A DNA stretch of 64,000 bases from Methanobacteriota archaeon. Lineage in GTDB: Archaea; Thermoplasmatota; Thermoplasmata; RBG-16-68-12; JAFNFQ01. The notes under the pieces were generated by a model. The model saw nothing but the letters and a program-made list of their open reading frames with translations. It ran no database searches and was not told the origin of the DNA. The stretch's first letter is position 1. Each line of letters starts with the position of its first letter. Where the stretch lies: NCBI GenBank assembly GCA_017885655.1, contig JAFNFQ010000032.1, positions 1,258 to 65,257 of the forward strand. Reading direction: 5' to 3'. Positions 19,442 through 29,800 of the stretch are shown piece after piece. The translations under genes and the position numbers were made by a program.

Positions 19442-22400
19442 TCAATTGAAATCGGTCAGCCCGGACTGGCCGATGAGCGGTCCCTTCACCGCCTCCTCGC
19501 CAGCTCCGAGCTGCTCCTTGATCTTCCTCGCGACGGCGGGTCCGATGCTCGGTATCCTCGCGATGTCCCCCGCCTCCGCCTTCTGAAGGTCCCGCAGGGT
19601 CTTGTACCCTCTGGAGAACAGCGCCCTGCCCCTCACCCGCCCGACGCCCCGCAGCTCCACCAGGGGCAGCAGCTCCTCCTTCACGCCGTACGTCTCCCGC
19701 AGCACGAGGCGGCTCACCGGTCTGACCCGCGCCTTGTTGAATATCCGCGCTAGCTCCTGCATTGAGTAGAGGAGCCACCTAGCCTGCTCCGTCATCCGCC
19801 TGATGTCACCAGGCCCGATGCTGAACCTCTTTGTGATGTCGTTCTCCGGCCTCTCGTCCATCCAGTCTTCTAGGAGCGCGGCGGTCTTGACCTCCGCCAT
19901 CATGAAGTCGTAGTCGTCCACAGGGAAAGTCAATCCCTCGAAGACTATCTTCTCGTCGACCCACTGGTAGTCCCCTCGCCTCAGGTAGAGCTTGGGCATG
20001 TCAGGCGTGGAGCAGACCGCCCATAGATGTGCGAAGTTGCTCTCCAGCTCGCTCTCGAGGTGGTCCCTCATCTTCACCGCAGACAGGGGATCGATGTAGA
20101 GGTCGGAGGTCCTCTTGCCGAAGAGCGTCGCCCTGAGCGTGTCCTTGGCGGTGATGAAGCCCTCGCGTTCCAGGAAGCTGAGCACCCCCACGACCTTGTC
20201 CCTGATGTTCTCGATGTCCTCGCAGTGCGCGAAGAATGTGGAACCTATGAAGTCGAATATCTCCCGCTCGGTCTTTGTGTGCTCGGTCGCGATGCTCGCG
20301 AGGATGTGCACTCTGAGCGCAGGTTCGGTCCCGAGCTTGGAGACTATCGCCTCCGGCTTGCTCAGGAAGTACGCGTCCGTGAGTTCCTTGATGTCCTCCT
20401 CCTTCTTGGCGATGAGGATGGCCTCTCCGAACTTGTCATATCGGGGTCTCCCAGCGCGGCCGCACATCTGCTTAATCTCGAGCACGGGGATTGGCGCGTT
20501 GCCGTAGGTCACGTCGAACCTGCTGAGGTCTCTGACGACGACACGCCGAGCAGGCAGATTGATGCCTGCCGAATTGTGCACCGAGAAGGCGAAAGAGCAG
20601 ACGTAACTCTCATCGCCCTCAACATGGAGATTGAAGACATCGCCATCATATGGAACGCGCCTAATCCTGCGAATCGGCGACCTAAATGACATGCCGACGA
20701 GGTTCTTGGTATTGTAGGTCCGATTCCCCTTTTGAATCTCGTCAGGACTCACGCCCATTATTTCAACCAGAAACCGGGCACCTTGCGTTCCTGCAATGGC
20801 GAGGAGGTACTGTGTGTTCTTCCCCATACCTCGAGGTTTGCTGGTGCGTGTCGAAGGCATGTATCCGAGCCGCCTGAGCATTCTTGACATCTGTTCGGCT
20901 AGCCTCGGAGAGACTGTCGAGAACCTGGATACTGCCCAGCGTCGAGGATCAATCGTGCCATCTCCCTCCCAAGCCCCCCTAACGAGTCCCTTGATTGCAT
21001 CGAGCGGAGCCCGAACCATGTACTCTGGGAAATGCTTCTTTGTGGCTCCTCTGCCGAACGATCTATCGAGGAACTGGGCCAGAGCTTTGGAGCATGCCCC
21101 CACAATCCTGCGATGTCTGGAATGATCCTTGACTTTCGGCACGAGATGAAACGAATCCCTCATGCAGCGGGATATGAAGTCAGTCAAGTCCTGCTCGTAG
21201 GTCGCGATGGCGAAACCAATCCCACCGTTTCGTGCAGTAAATCCTTCAGCCACATAGAGTCCGAAGAATCGAGCGTGGTCCTCGCTTAACTCGAGCAGAT
21301 GCGGGACGGGTCTGGCTGAAGGATGCGGGAAGACAGAGCCGAATTGGTTGCGACCCACGAAATTCATGTCATGAATCGGGAGGACGAGCGTCCCTCCGTC
21401 GGGGAGAAATTCGGGAACCTCGAGAGGTACTTGCACCTCATCGTCAATCTTCAATTCCTTGGCTTGGACCCACTCAGGTTCACTTCGAACAATCTTGTGC
21501 CAAACGCCATCTTTCCCATGGTGGCCAAACCTATAGCGCGTGTTCCTGAGGACCTTGTGTTCTGGGGTCATCAGGACTGGCAGCATCCCGTCGGCTTTCA
21601 CTTCCATCAAGTTCCCATCGAAATGGCGCTTGGATGTTCCAATGACCTTTCGGAATCGGCCGCGATGTGTGAGGACTTCATCGCCTTTCTTGAGATCTGA
21701 GATCTTGATTGGGCCACGTAATGTTGTGATCCGGGTATCAGGATGAAGGCAGAGAGTAGGGGTCGCAACGATGCACTTGATCTTGCCTTTCTTGAAGTTC
21801 GTCTCCACCATCCGTCTCTGGTCGTTTGTCAAGCCAGCGTTGTGGAACGCAGCTCCGCCCTCGACGCACTTCGCGAGGCGCGCGACCATCGACGTCGGCT
21901 CATCCTGCCGCTTCGATAGGTCCTCTGCCATCTCGGCAAGTTTCTCCCGCTCCTTAGGCTCGATGGCCTGCTTCAGGCGGGAGGCCAGGCTCGTTGCGAG
22001 AGCCTCCGTCGATCTCCGTGTGTTCACGAAAATCAGGCACTGCCCGCCCTCTCTGACCGTGTCCATCACCAGGGCAAGGAGCTCCTCGCCCTCTGGCGGG
22101 ACCGGTCTCGACGAGCCATCGGTGAAGTGGATCTTGTCGTTCCAGCAGATGCCTTGTTTCAAAGGGACTGGCCGCCACTCGCTCCTGAAATGCTCCGCCT
22201 CCAGCCAGTCGGCGAGCTCGTCGGAGTTCCTGATGGTTGCTGAGAGAGCTATGATCTGCGCGCGCGGGTTGACCTGCCTCATCTTGGCCAGGGTCACCTC
22301 GAGGGTTGGCCCCCGGTCGCCGTCGTTGATGAGATGCACCTCGTCTGCGACGACCGTGGTCAGCCTCTTCAGCCAACTCGTCTTGTGCCGGAGGAGAGAG

Positions 22401-22798
22401 TCCGCTTTCTCCGATGTCGCGATGATGATGTCGTATCGTTCCAGAGTCGGGTCGGGAGTGTCGTAGTCCCCGACGGCGAGGCCCGTCTTGATCCCGAGCG
22501 AGTCGAACTCCTTCAGGTCATCATACTTCTCTGACGCGAGGGCTCTGAGAGGGACGATGTAGAGCGCCTTGCCTCCCGCCATGACAGACTTGACGGCGGC
22601 TAGGTAGGCGATTAGCGACTTGCCTGCTGCGGTGGGAATGGCCAGTACTATATTCTTTCCCGCCAGAGCGGCACCAATAGACTCGGCCTGCGGCGGGTAC
22701 AGCTCCTCTATTCCCTGCTTGAAGAGAATCGAGACAATCCTTTCGTCGAGACCGAGGTCCGAGACCTTCATCTGGCGAGGGATTATGGCGGGTGTCAA
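19442..22798 (-). CDS. hel308: Hel308/Hjm Ski2-type DNA helicase, interrupted by an in-frame intein
   Basis: N-terminal ELYPPQAESIGAALAGKNIVLAIPTAAGKS (motif I) and DEVHLI (motif II). C-terminal winged-helix, ratchet and HhH domains. Helicase motif VI ATPTL|SAGINLPARRV is split by a ~393-aa insertion. Confidence 0.85.
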   Translation of the reverse strand: MTPAIIPRQMKVSDLGLDERIVSILFKQGIEELYPPQAESIGAALAGKNIVLAIPTAAGKSLIAYLAAVKSVMAGGKALYIVPLRALASEKYDDLKEFDSLGIKTGLAVGDYDTPDPTLERYDIIIATSEKADSLLRHKTSWLKRLTTVVADEVHLINDGDRGPTLEVTLAKMRQVNPRAQIIALSATIRNSDELADWLEAEHFRSEWRPVPLKQGICWNDKIHFTDGSSRPVPPEGEELLALVMDTVREGGQCLIFVNTRRSTEALATSLASRLKQAIEPKEREKLAEMAEDLSKRQDEPTSMVARLAKCVEGGAAFHNAGLTNDQRRMVETNFKKGKIKCIVATPTLCLHPDTRITTLRGPIKISDLKKGDEVLTHRGRFRKVIGTSKRHFDGNLMEVKADGMLPVLMTPEHKVLRNTRYRFGHHGKDGVWHKIVRSEPEWVQAKELKIDDEVQVPLEVPEFLPDGGTLVLPIHDMNFVGRNQFGSVFPHPSARPVPHLLELSEDHARFFGLYVAEGFTARNGGIGFAIATYEQDLTDFISRCMRDSFHLVPKVKDHSRHRRIVGACSKALAQFLDRSFGRGATKKHFPEYMVRAPLDAIKGLVRGAWEGDGTIDPRRWAVSRFSTVSPRLAEQMSRMLRRLGYMPSTRTSKPRGMGKNTQYLLAIAGTQGARFLVEIMGVSPDEIQKGNRTYNTKNLVGMSFRSPIRRIRRVPYDGDVFNLHVEGDESYVCSFAFSVHNSAGINLPARRVVVRDLSRFDVTYGNAPIPVLEIKQMCGRAGRPRYDKFGEAILIAKKEEDIKELTDAYFLSKPEAIVSKLGTEPALRVHILASIATEHTKTEREIFDFIGSTFFAHCEDIENIRDKVVGVLSFLEREGFITAKDTLRATLFGKRTSDLYIDPLSAVKMRDHLESELESNFAHLWAVCSTPDMPKLYLRRGDYQWVDEKIVFEGLTFPVDDYDFMMAEVKTAALLEDWMDERPENDITKRFSIGPGDIRRMTEQARWLLYSMQELARIFNKARVRPVSRLVLRETYGVKEELLPLVELRGVGRVRGRALFSRGYKTLRDLQKAEAGDIARIPSIGPAVARKIKEQLGAGEEAVKGPLIGQSGLTDFN
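20573..21751 (-). mobile_element. intein (Hint domain + LAGLIDADG homing endonuclease) inserted in hel308 motif VI
   Basis: Begins with Cys right after ATPTL and ends in VHN followed by Ser, the +1 extein residue. LAGLIDADG-like blocks FFGLYVAEGF and GLVRGAWEGDGTI. Confidence 0.75.
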
Positions 22799-22988
22799 TA
22801 AAGGTTCTCGGTGGCGGGTGTGAAAGTGACATGCGCGGGATGGAATGTTTCCCCGTGCGAATCAAGGACCCTTACATTGAATGCGACCTCCTCTGCACAC
22901 GGACCGGTCTCCTCCAAGCCGGATTGGACGATTTCCATGTTGGGGTGCCTCGCATCGTGGCAGACTTGTCTTGCGCAACATATGGCGG

Positions 22989-23329
22989 GACTTCCGCTGA
23001 TCACAGCGGAGTCTCCGAAGAACACAACGGAGTTGCCGCTGAATGCAGCGGACTCTGCGCTGAACGGGGCGCATCTTCCGCTGATCACAGCGCACATTGC
23101 GCTGAACAGGGCGGAACTTGCGCTGATACATCGGACTTCACGCTGGTTTCGGCGGGGTTTCCGCTGAACGCGGCGGAGTCTCCGCTGATTGCAGCGCACT
23201 TTCCGCGGAACAGGGCGGAACTTGCGCTGAACGCAGCGGACCTCGCGCTGAATTCAGGGGGTTTCCGCTGAACACAGCGCACTTTCCGCTGGACCGGGCG
23301 GGCTTTCCGCTGGGTGAGGCGGACTTCTC
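22989..23329. repeat. tandem array of ~16 degenerate 21-bp units (consensus ~CCGCTGAACGCAGCGGACTTC). Each unit carries a short inverted repeat (CGCTG-N4-6-CAGCG) able to form a hairpin
   Basis: CCGCTGA/GCGCTGA recurs at 22994, 23015, 23036, 23057, 23078, 23099, 23120, 23141, 23161, 23182, 23203, 23224, 23245, 23266, 23287 and 23308. The period is exactly 21 nt, with one 20-nt unit. Confidence 0.85.
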
Positions 23330-23558
23330 GACGAATACCGAGAATGCGTGTATCGAATCGCCGAAATCATCCCCATCATTGGCGTTCACCCTGACTCGGG
23401 TCCTCAAAATCCTCCCGCCCAAGCTCTGCGGGCCTCACCATAGCTCCTTCCATGTCCGGAGGGACGCAGTTCCACGCTCGCGGGAGACGAATCCATATGC
23501 GCGTTCTTTTGCGTGCAAAGCGAACGGGTCTTCGGTGGGTGTCAGAGCGTTAGCTGAG

Positions 23559-26500
23559 CTACGTTGGCGGTGGCTGTGGCCCTTCGTCCTCTTCCTCGAT
23601 CGGCTCTTGGTGCTTCCTTCGCCGGAGGACCAGGAAAAACACGATCGCCAGGACGACACCAATCAACAAGACGACACCGAATACGACTGCGATGGTGCCG
23701 AAATCCAAGCCAGCCGGGACGACCTGGAACTTGTGGGTCACGGTCGGCGCATTTGGCGGGCTCTTGGCGACATTGCCATAGATATCCACCGCCTCGATGA
23801 AGTACTCCACCGTCCCGGGATTCTGGCCGACATTGTAGCTGAAAATGAACTGACCGCCAGGGGCGGGAGTATGTTCGATTGCCGGGTTGAAGTACGATGC
23901 ACCGATCGGCTTGACGTACAACTTGACCACCGCAACGCCGGAGTCGTCGGTGGCCGTGCCTGTTATGGCCACGGTCTCCCCGGTCTTCATGTCCCCTGGT
24001 GGTGTATGTGTGATTATCGGCAATATCATGTCGGACGCGATGAAGTCCATCCAAGAGTACATCTCCGGGCGTGCTCCTCCGAGCAGATCGGTGAATCTCA
24101 AAGTCCCCGTCGTCCTGACGACGGTGCTGAGAGGCAATGTGGCGTTCACCTTCGCTCCGATGACTATCTTCTCGAACGCCAGGGAAGACATGAAACTGAG
24201 ATTCCACCACCGCTGTTGCCCGATGGTCTGATTTGGCGCGGGATCCGAGGAGACGAATTCGAGACCGGCAGGGAACACGTTGCTGACGTTGACCGCCTTG
24301 GCGGCGACCTGCCCGATGTTCCTCACCCAGATACTGCAGCTGACATTCCCGCCGGGTTCCGCCCTGTTCTGGTCGGTCTCCATGTAGAACGCCATAGACG
24401 GGCCGTAACCGTTGATTGCTTCTATCGGCGTCGTGGCGGCGTAGATGTCCGAACCGCCCGGGCGCCTCCAGTCCTGCCAGATCGCGGTGATATAACCGAA
24501 CGGATTGAGCACGATGCGCGGCATGAAATGATTGTTCCCCGGCTCGTTCACGGGGAACGGGTTGAACAGAGTCCGCCATGACGGCCCGTCCGCTCTCTGC
24601 AACACCTCGTCGGCCGGCTGAAGGTTGCCTCCGGCCCCCGTAATCGCTGAGGTGCGTATGATCGGCTCCCCCCTCATGTAATGCCCGGTCATGTTCACAT
24701 CGACGAATACGATTTTATCGAGCGGGGAAAACGTCGCGAGAGATGAGCCAAGCGCGGTCGCCGAAGTGCCGTTGTAGACGATGGTGTCCGCGTTATCATA
24801 TACATCGACGACTCCCTTGGTGACATTCAGGGCCACTCTGTCGAACGATACGTTGCCTGCGCCGTTGTTCAGGAAGGAGACGTTGAGGTCGCGGACATCC
24901 GGGACCGTCGTCACCCCCTGCGCGTACAGGTCGACGCTCGCGTTCGTCCATGCATCCCCCGTGTCCGACGGGACGAACCAGGAGTTGTTCGCGCCGCGCT
25001 CGAGTGACCAGTTCACGGTGCCTGTTCCTGTGTATGTGCTGTTCGCCCTAAATGTGATCTCCAGGCGGACGCTGGAAATCACATCCCCTGTCTTCAATCC
25101 AATCTTGGCTGGGTCGAAGGGCGACGTCGTGGCACCGTCTGTGTCGAACCCTTCAAGAGCGAGAGTCTTGCTAGGTCCGACACTCATCGAGAAAGTGTCG
25201 AAAAAGTAGAGGAGAGATATCTGCGCAACAGTGTATCCCGTGGTGTCCCACGGCGCGATGAGATTCGGCTTCACTCCCGGGTACGTGTCGCGCGACCCGC
25301 TCATGACTATGTCCTCGTCCCTGTCCCAGGAGTTGTTCAAGTTCGCATCGAAGTACCTCAGGTCGTCTCCTGTCAGGTCCTGCTGGAGGTTCGCCCTCCC
25401 TGGATTCACGACGCGGTCGGGGGAACCGTCGAGAATGCCTGGATCGAGGACATCGTTCCCGTTGTCGAGTATCGCAGCTTCTCCCGCATCCCAGACCCCG
25501 TTGTAGCTCGACACGTCGTCGATGAAATAGTTCGCGCCCGATGTCGCGATGTTGGCGGGAAGAAAGGTCGTCCCGCCATCCGTGGACTTTGCGACATACA
25601 CATTATGGTTCGTGCTCCGGTCGTCCACCCAAGCGATGTAGATGAACTGCCCCGTCGGGTCGACCTGTACCCAGGGCTGCTGGTGGGTAGTCCTTCTAAG
25701 CGACATCGATATAGGCGAGGAGTCGTTCACCGGCAGATTCGTGCTGAAGTGAACCCCATCATCCGAGTGCGCGTAGAAGATGTCCGTGCATTCGTTCGGC
25801 TCGAACCGTTCGTCCTTCCAGGCGACGTGCAGCCGCCCGTAGGCATCTATCGCGATCGAGGGCGAGCTCTGCACCTTGCCCGTGATGACATCGTTCACCG
25901 GCGTGTTCGGTCCGAAAGTTCTCCCGCCATCGGTCGAGTTGGCGATGTAGACATCGTCGTCTTCAACTTGCATGCCGCTGGGGCGGACGATCATGCCGCT
26001 GCGCCCGTCCCGCCATGTGACGTACACCTTGCCATGAGTGTCTACGGCGACTCTCTGCTCGCTCCTCGTGTTCACCGTGCTCGTTGACACGAGACTGTGA
26101 TTCGTCCACGTCTCCCCGCCATCGTAAGAAGCAACGAGCTTGATGTCATCGAAGTTCTCGCTGTAGGCAACATAGATTGTGCCGTTCGGCCCGACGGCCA
26201 TGGATGGTGCGTAGGCGGATATCCCCTCCATTGGCGTGGTGGCTATCCGCTTCGCGAAATGCGGCAGTCCGCTCGGCATGGGTATCAATGTGAACATTAT
26301 CACGTCGCCCCGCATCAAAGCGCTTTCCTGCCAGACGATGTAGACTGTCTCGTTCCAGTACGCGATGTCGGGGGACTGCTGGATGGCGTCGTTCATGGAA
26401 GGGACCGAGACCTGGACATGGCCCGTGAACGTCCCGCCGCTCCGGGGTGCATGAGCGAACATTATCCGCCAATATCCGGAGCTCTTGTCCTGCCAGGCGG

Positions 26501-26669
26501 CGTAGACCGTCCCGTCCCATCCGACCGCCAAGGTCGGGACGTTCCGTTCAGGAGTGGAGTCGATGTTGACTCGGACATTCGGTCCGAATTTCTCGCCCCT
26601 GGATGAAGGCGCGAGCTGAACCGCGAACCCGACTACTAGCACCCCGACGACCAACGCTGCGAGTCTCAT
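23559..26669 (-). CDS. cell-surface protein with BNR/Asp-box (sialidase-like beta-propeller) repeats, a DUF11-like domain and a C-terminal TM anchor
   Basis: Signal peptide MRLAALVVGVLVVGFAVQLA. Asp-box motifs YDGGETWTN, STDGGRTFGP and STDGGTTFLP. C-terminal IAVVFGVVLLIGVVLAIVFFLVL followed by RRRK. Confidence 0.7.
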   Translation of the reverse strand: MRLAALVVGVLVVGFAVQLAPSSRGEKFGPNVRVNIDSTPERNVPTLAVGWDGTVYAAWQDKSSGYWRIMFAHAPRSGGTFTGHVQVSVPSMNDAIQQSPDIAYWNETVYIVWQESALMRGDVIMFTLIPMPSGLPHFAKRIATTPMEGISAYAPSMAVGPNGTIYVAYSENFDDIKLVASYDGGETWTNHSLVSTSTVNTRSEQRVAVDTHGKVYVTWRDGRSGMIVRPSGMQVEDDDVYIANSTDGGRTFGPNTPVNDVITGKVQSSPSIAIDAYGRLHVAWKDERFEPNECTDIFYAHSDDGVHFSTNLPVNDSSPISMSLRRTTHQQPWVQVDPTGQFIYIAWVDDRSTNHNVYVAKSTDGGTTFLPANIATSGANYFIDDVSSYNGVWDAGEAAILDNGNDVLDPGILDGSPDRVVNPGRANLQQDLTGDDLRYFDANLNNSWDRDEDIVMSGSRDTYPGVKPNLIAPWDTTGYTVAQISLLYFFDTFSMSVGPSKTLALEGFDTDGATTSPFDPAKIGLKTGDVISSVRLEITFRANSTYTGTGTVNWSLERGANNSWFVPSDTGDAWTNASVDLYAQGVTTVPDVRDLNVSFLNNGAGNVSFDRVALNVTKGVVDVYDNADTIVYNGTSATALGSSLATFSPLDKIVFVDVNMTGHYMRGEPIIRTSAITGAGGNLQPADEVLQRADGPSWRTLFNPFPVNEPGNNHFMPRIVLNPFGYITAIWQDWRRPGGSDIYAATTPIEAINGYGPSMAFYMETDQNRAEPGGNVSCSIWVRNIGQVAAKAVNVSNVFPAGLEFVSSDPAPNQTIGQQRWWNLSFMSSLAFEKIVIGAKVNATLPLSTVVRTTGTLRFTDLLGGARPEMYSWMDFIASDMILPIITHTPPGDMKTGETVAITGTATDDSGVAVVKLYVKPIGASYFNPAIEHTPAPGGQFIFSYNVGQNPGTVEYFIEAVDIYGNVAKSPPNAPTVTHKFQVVPAGLDFGTIAVVFGVVLLIGVVLAIVFFLVLRRRKHQEPIEEEDEGPQPPPT

Positions 26670-26828
26670 GGCAGAATCGAGATGGTCCGAGGGATTAATA
26701 AATCGGAGGTTACTGCTGACAGGTTCCCACCGGTTGACGGCGTAGCTCCGGCAACATTGAAATACCGGTAAAACGCAGTTCAACAATTCACATCTAGTAT
26801 CCCCCGCCCTGAGAGTTCGGGGATTGCG

Positions 26829-29800
26829 TTGAAGCGCGTTAGCACGTCGGCAGTCGGGCTAGTCCTTCTGATCGTACAGCTTGCCGTCCTTGTGTCGATT
26901 CCGCGGGGCGTCTCGGCATACACTTTTCACACTCCGATATACATCGACGGCAACGGCGGGTTCAACGCGAGCAACGGCGTCACCGGGGGAAGCGGACTTC
27001 CGGGTGACCCGTATGTGATCGAGGGTTGGGACATCAACTCCACGGGGACTGGTGGAATGGGCATTGAGAATACCGATGCCCACTTCGTTATCCGCAACGT
27101 GTACGTGCATTCTGACCCAATCTCACCGCAAGGCATCGCATTCAGAAACGTCAAGAACGGCCGCATAGAAGGGTCGACAATCTCAAACCACTATGTTGGA
27201 ATATTAATCGATAGGTTCACGCAGAATGTGAGCATCATCGGCAACCAGATATCCTCCAACTGGGAGGGATTGTATTCGGAATCAAACGTGACTGTCGAGG
27301 GCAACACCTTCAACGACAACCGCCGTGGCCTCTTCCTCTACTCCGGCGCAACCGTAAGGAACAACGACTTCGTTTCGAACACACATATAGGGATTGACCT
27401 CTCCTGGAGCGCCTTTGGCGGCACAATATCGGAGAACAGGATAGAAGGGAACGGCAACGGTGGCTGGGTAGGAGGCATAGTCTTCGAGAACAACTCTGCC
27501 CATTGGACGGTGTCCCACAACCAAATCAGGTACAACAACGCCAGCGGTATATTCATGGTCTGGGGCCCCAGCAACATCACGGTTGAGTACAACGACATAT
27601 CCTACAACGTTGGGGAAGGCGTCCACTTCGAAGACGCCCGCGATGTCACGGTGGCTCACAACAACTTCATCGGAAACGCTGTGCCCCAGGCATACGACGC
27701 TAACGGAGCTGTGAACCGTTGGGACAGCGGCTGCTCCGGTGGCGGGAACTACTGGTCCGACTACACCGGATCTGACAACATCGACTGCCGCAGCGGTTCC
27801 GCAGGGAGCGACGGAATGGGAGACTCGCCGTATGTCATAGACGCTGATTCGCAGGACAACTACCCGTTCATGCACCCGTTGATTCTGGATAACTGGACCT
27901 ACACGCCTCATCCACCGATACTCATCACAAGCAATGCTGGGTTCAACGCGAGCAACGGCGTCACGGGGGGAAGCGGACTTCCGGGCGACCCGTACATCAT
28001 CGAGGGGTGGGAGATCGACGCGTCGGCGGGCGTCGGCATCAAGATCTGGTATACAGACGCGCGATTCACCATCCGCAACGTGTACGTGCACTCCAATCCT
28101 CAGGTTTTCACTGGCGCCATCAATCTTCGTAGCGCGCAGCATGGACTTGTCGAGAACTCGCTCGTCACGGGGAGCAATAGTGGCCTCTTCATCGACTCCT
28201 GTTATGATATCGCCATGGCCGGCAACGTGATCTCCGGCAACAGTGTCGGCATAGACTCCTTCTGGTCCGATTACGTCATCATGACAGGCAACAACGTGAC
28301 GTCAACGGCGGGAATCGGCATATACACCGGTTCGACGAATACGACCGTCGAGGGCAACACGTTCTCGGGCAACGGCCGAGGCCTCTATGTCGACGGAGGC
28401 GCCACTGTGAGGAACAACCGATTCCTGTCGAACTGGGGAACCGGGATAAATCTCGGACACGCATCATACGGCGGTCTCATCTCGGGGAACGCAATCAACG
28501 GGAACGGGTTGGGAAGCGGAGCGGGAATCTACATCGGAAACACGTCCGCGCAGTGGACGATATCCAACAACCGGATAACGTCAAACAACGTAAGCGGGAT
28601 ATCAGTGGTCAGCCCCGCTAACAACATCACGATCGACCACAATGAAATCAGCTACAACTTGGGCTACGGGATCTCTCTTGCTGCGAACGACATTCTGGTG
28701 CACAGCAACAACTTCAGAGGCAATGGGATTCAGGCATATGACATCGGGGCCAACCGCTGGGACGACGGATGTGCTTATGGCGGTAACTACTGGTCGGATC
28801 ACTCCGGGGTGGACGCCGTAGACTGCAGCACGGGAGGAGCAGGCAGCGACGGATTCGTCGATGCGCCCTATGTCATAGACGCCAACTCGCAGGACAACTA
28901 TCCGCTGATGGGACCGTTGTCGTTCAACAACACGCCTCCCGATGTCACGGTTGTCATCCCGGACGGCGGGGAGGACTGGACCGGGAACACTGTGCACGAT
29001 ATCGAGTGGACGATGTATGACGACTATGATGTCAACCTGACCGTCTGGATCTACTGGTCGACCAATGCGTCGTGGAACCCGATCCCCAGTGCTCAGGGCA
29101 TCGCTAGGCAGGTCGGCTACAATACGTTCTCGTGGACATTGCCCGGCATCGACTCGACCTCTGTCAGGGTCAAGGTTGAGGCAGAGGACTCGAACGGGAC
29201 CTGGGGCAGCGACACCAGCGATGACTTCTTCACTATTGACTCCACACTACCGACCGTTCTGAGCACCGATCCACCGGACGGGGCGACCGACGTCCTCATC
29301 CTGGTTCCATTGACGATTAACATCACATTCTCCGAGAGCATGAACCCTGGGTCCTCCGCAGGATTCTCGATATCACCTTACGTTCCCGGGAGCCTCAGCT
29401 GGCCAGCCCCGAACGTCCTCCGCTTCTACCCCTATCAGACACTCAGCCAGTGCACCATGTACACCGTGACCCAAGGCGCGAACGCGACGCTGGACGGTTC
29501 CGACCCGGGCAACTCGCTCGACGGGAACGGCAACGGTCAGGAGGAAGGCTCCCCGACAGATGACTACTCCTTCAGCTTCACGACACAGTGCTTCGGAAAC
29601 GAGCCGACGGCCACAGTCACGAGCCCCGTTGGCGGGGAGGACTGGACCGGAGGCTACAGCAAGCAGATCTCCTGGGATGTCTCGGACCCTCAAGACCCGC
29701 CGTCTCTCCTCAACGTCAGCATCTATTACTCGACCGATGGCGGGCAGACATGGATTCTGATCGTGACCGGGCTCTCCGGCAATGACACCCCATACTCATG

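Noticed and set aside
19056-19778. Long 240-aa version of the CMD/AhpD-like ORF, and 222-aa version of Cgi121
   Set aside because: The N-terminal extensions are Gly/Arg/Ala-rich low-complexity sequence that overlaps the neighbouring genes. Shorter starts (ATG 19433; GTG 19059) give family-typical lengths.
22792-23422. Several 60-160-aa ORFs in all frames across the 21-bp repeat array, and a possible heptad-repeat protein reading (LPLITAE SPKNTTE LPLNAAD...)
   Set aside because: Although 21 bp equals 7 codons, one 20-nt unit and in-frame TGA codons interrupt every frame, and no ORF spans the array. The periodic inverted repeats are better explained as non-coding hairpin/operator units. Also not CRISPR: the units are contiguous with no unique spacers.
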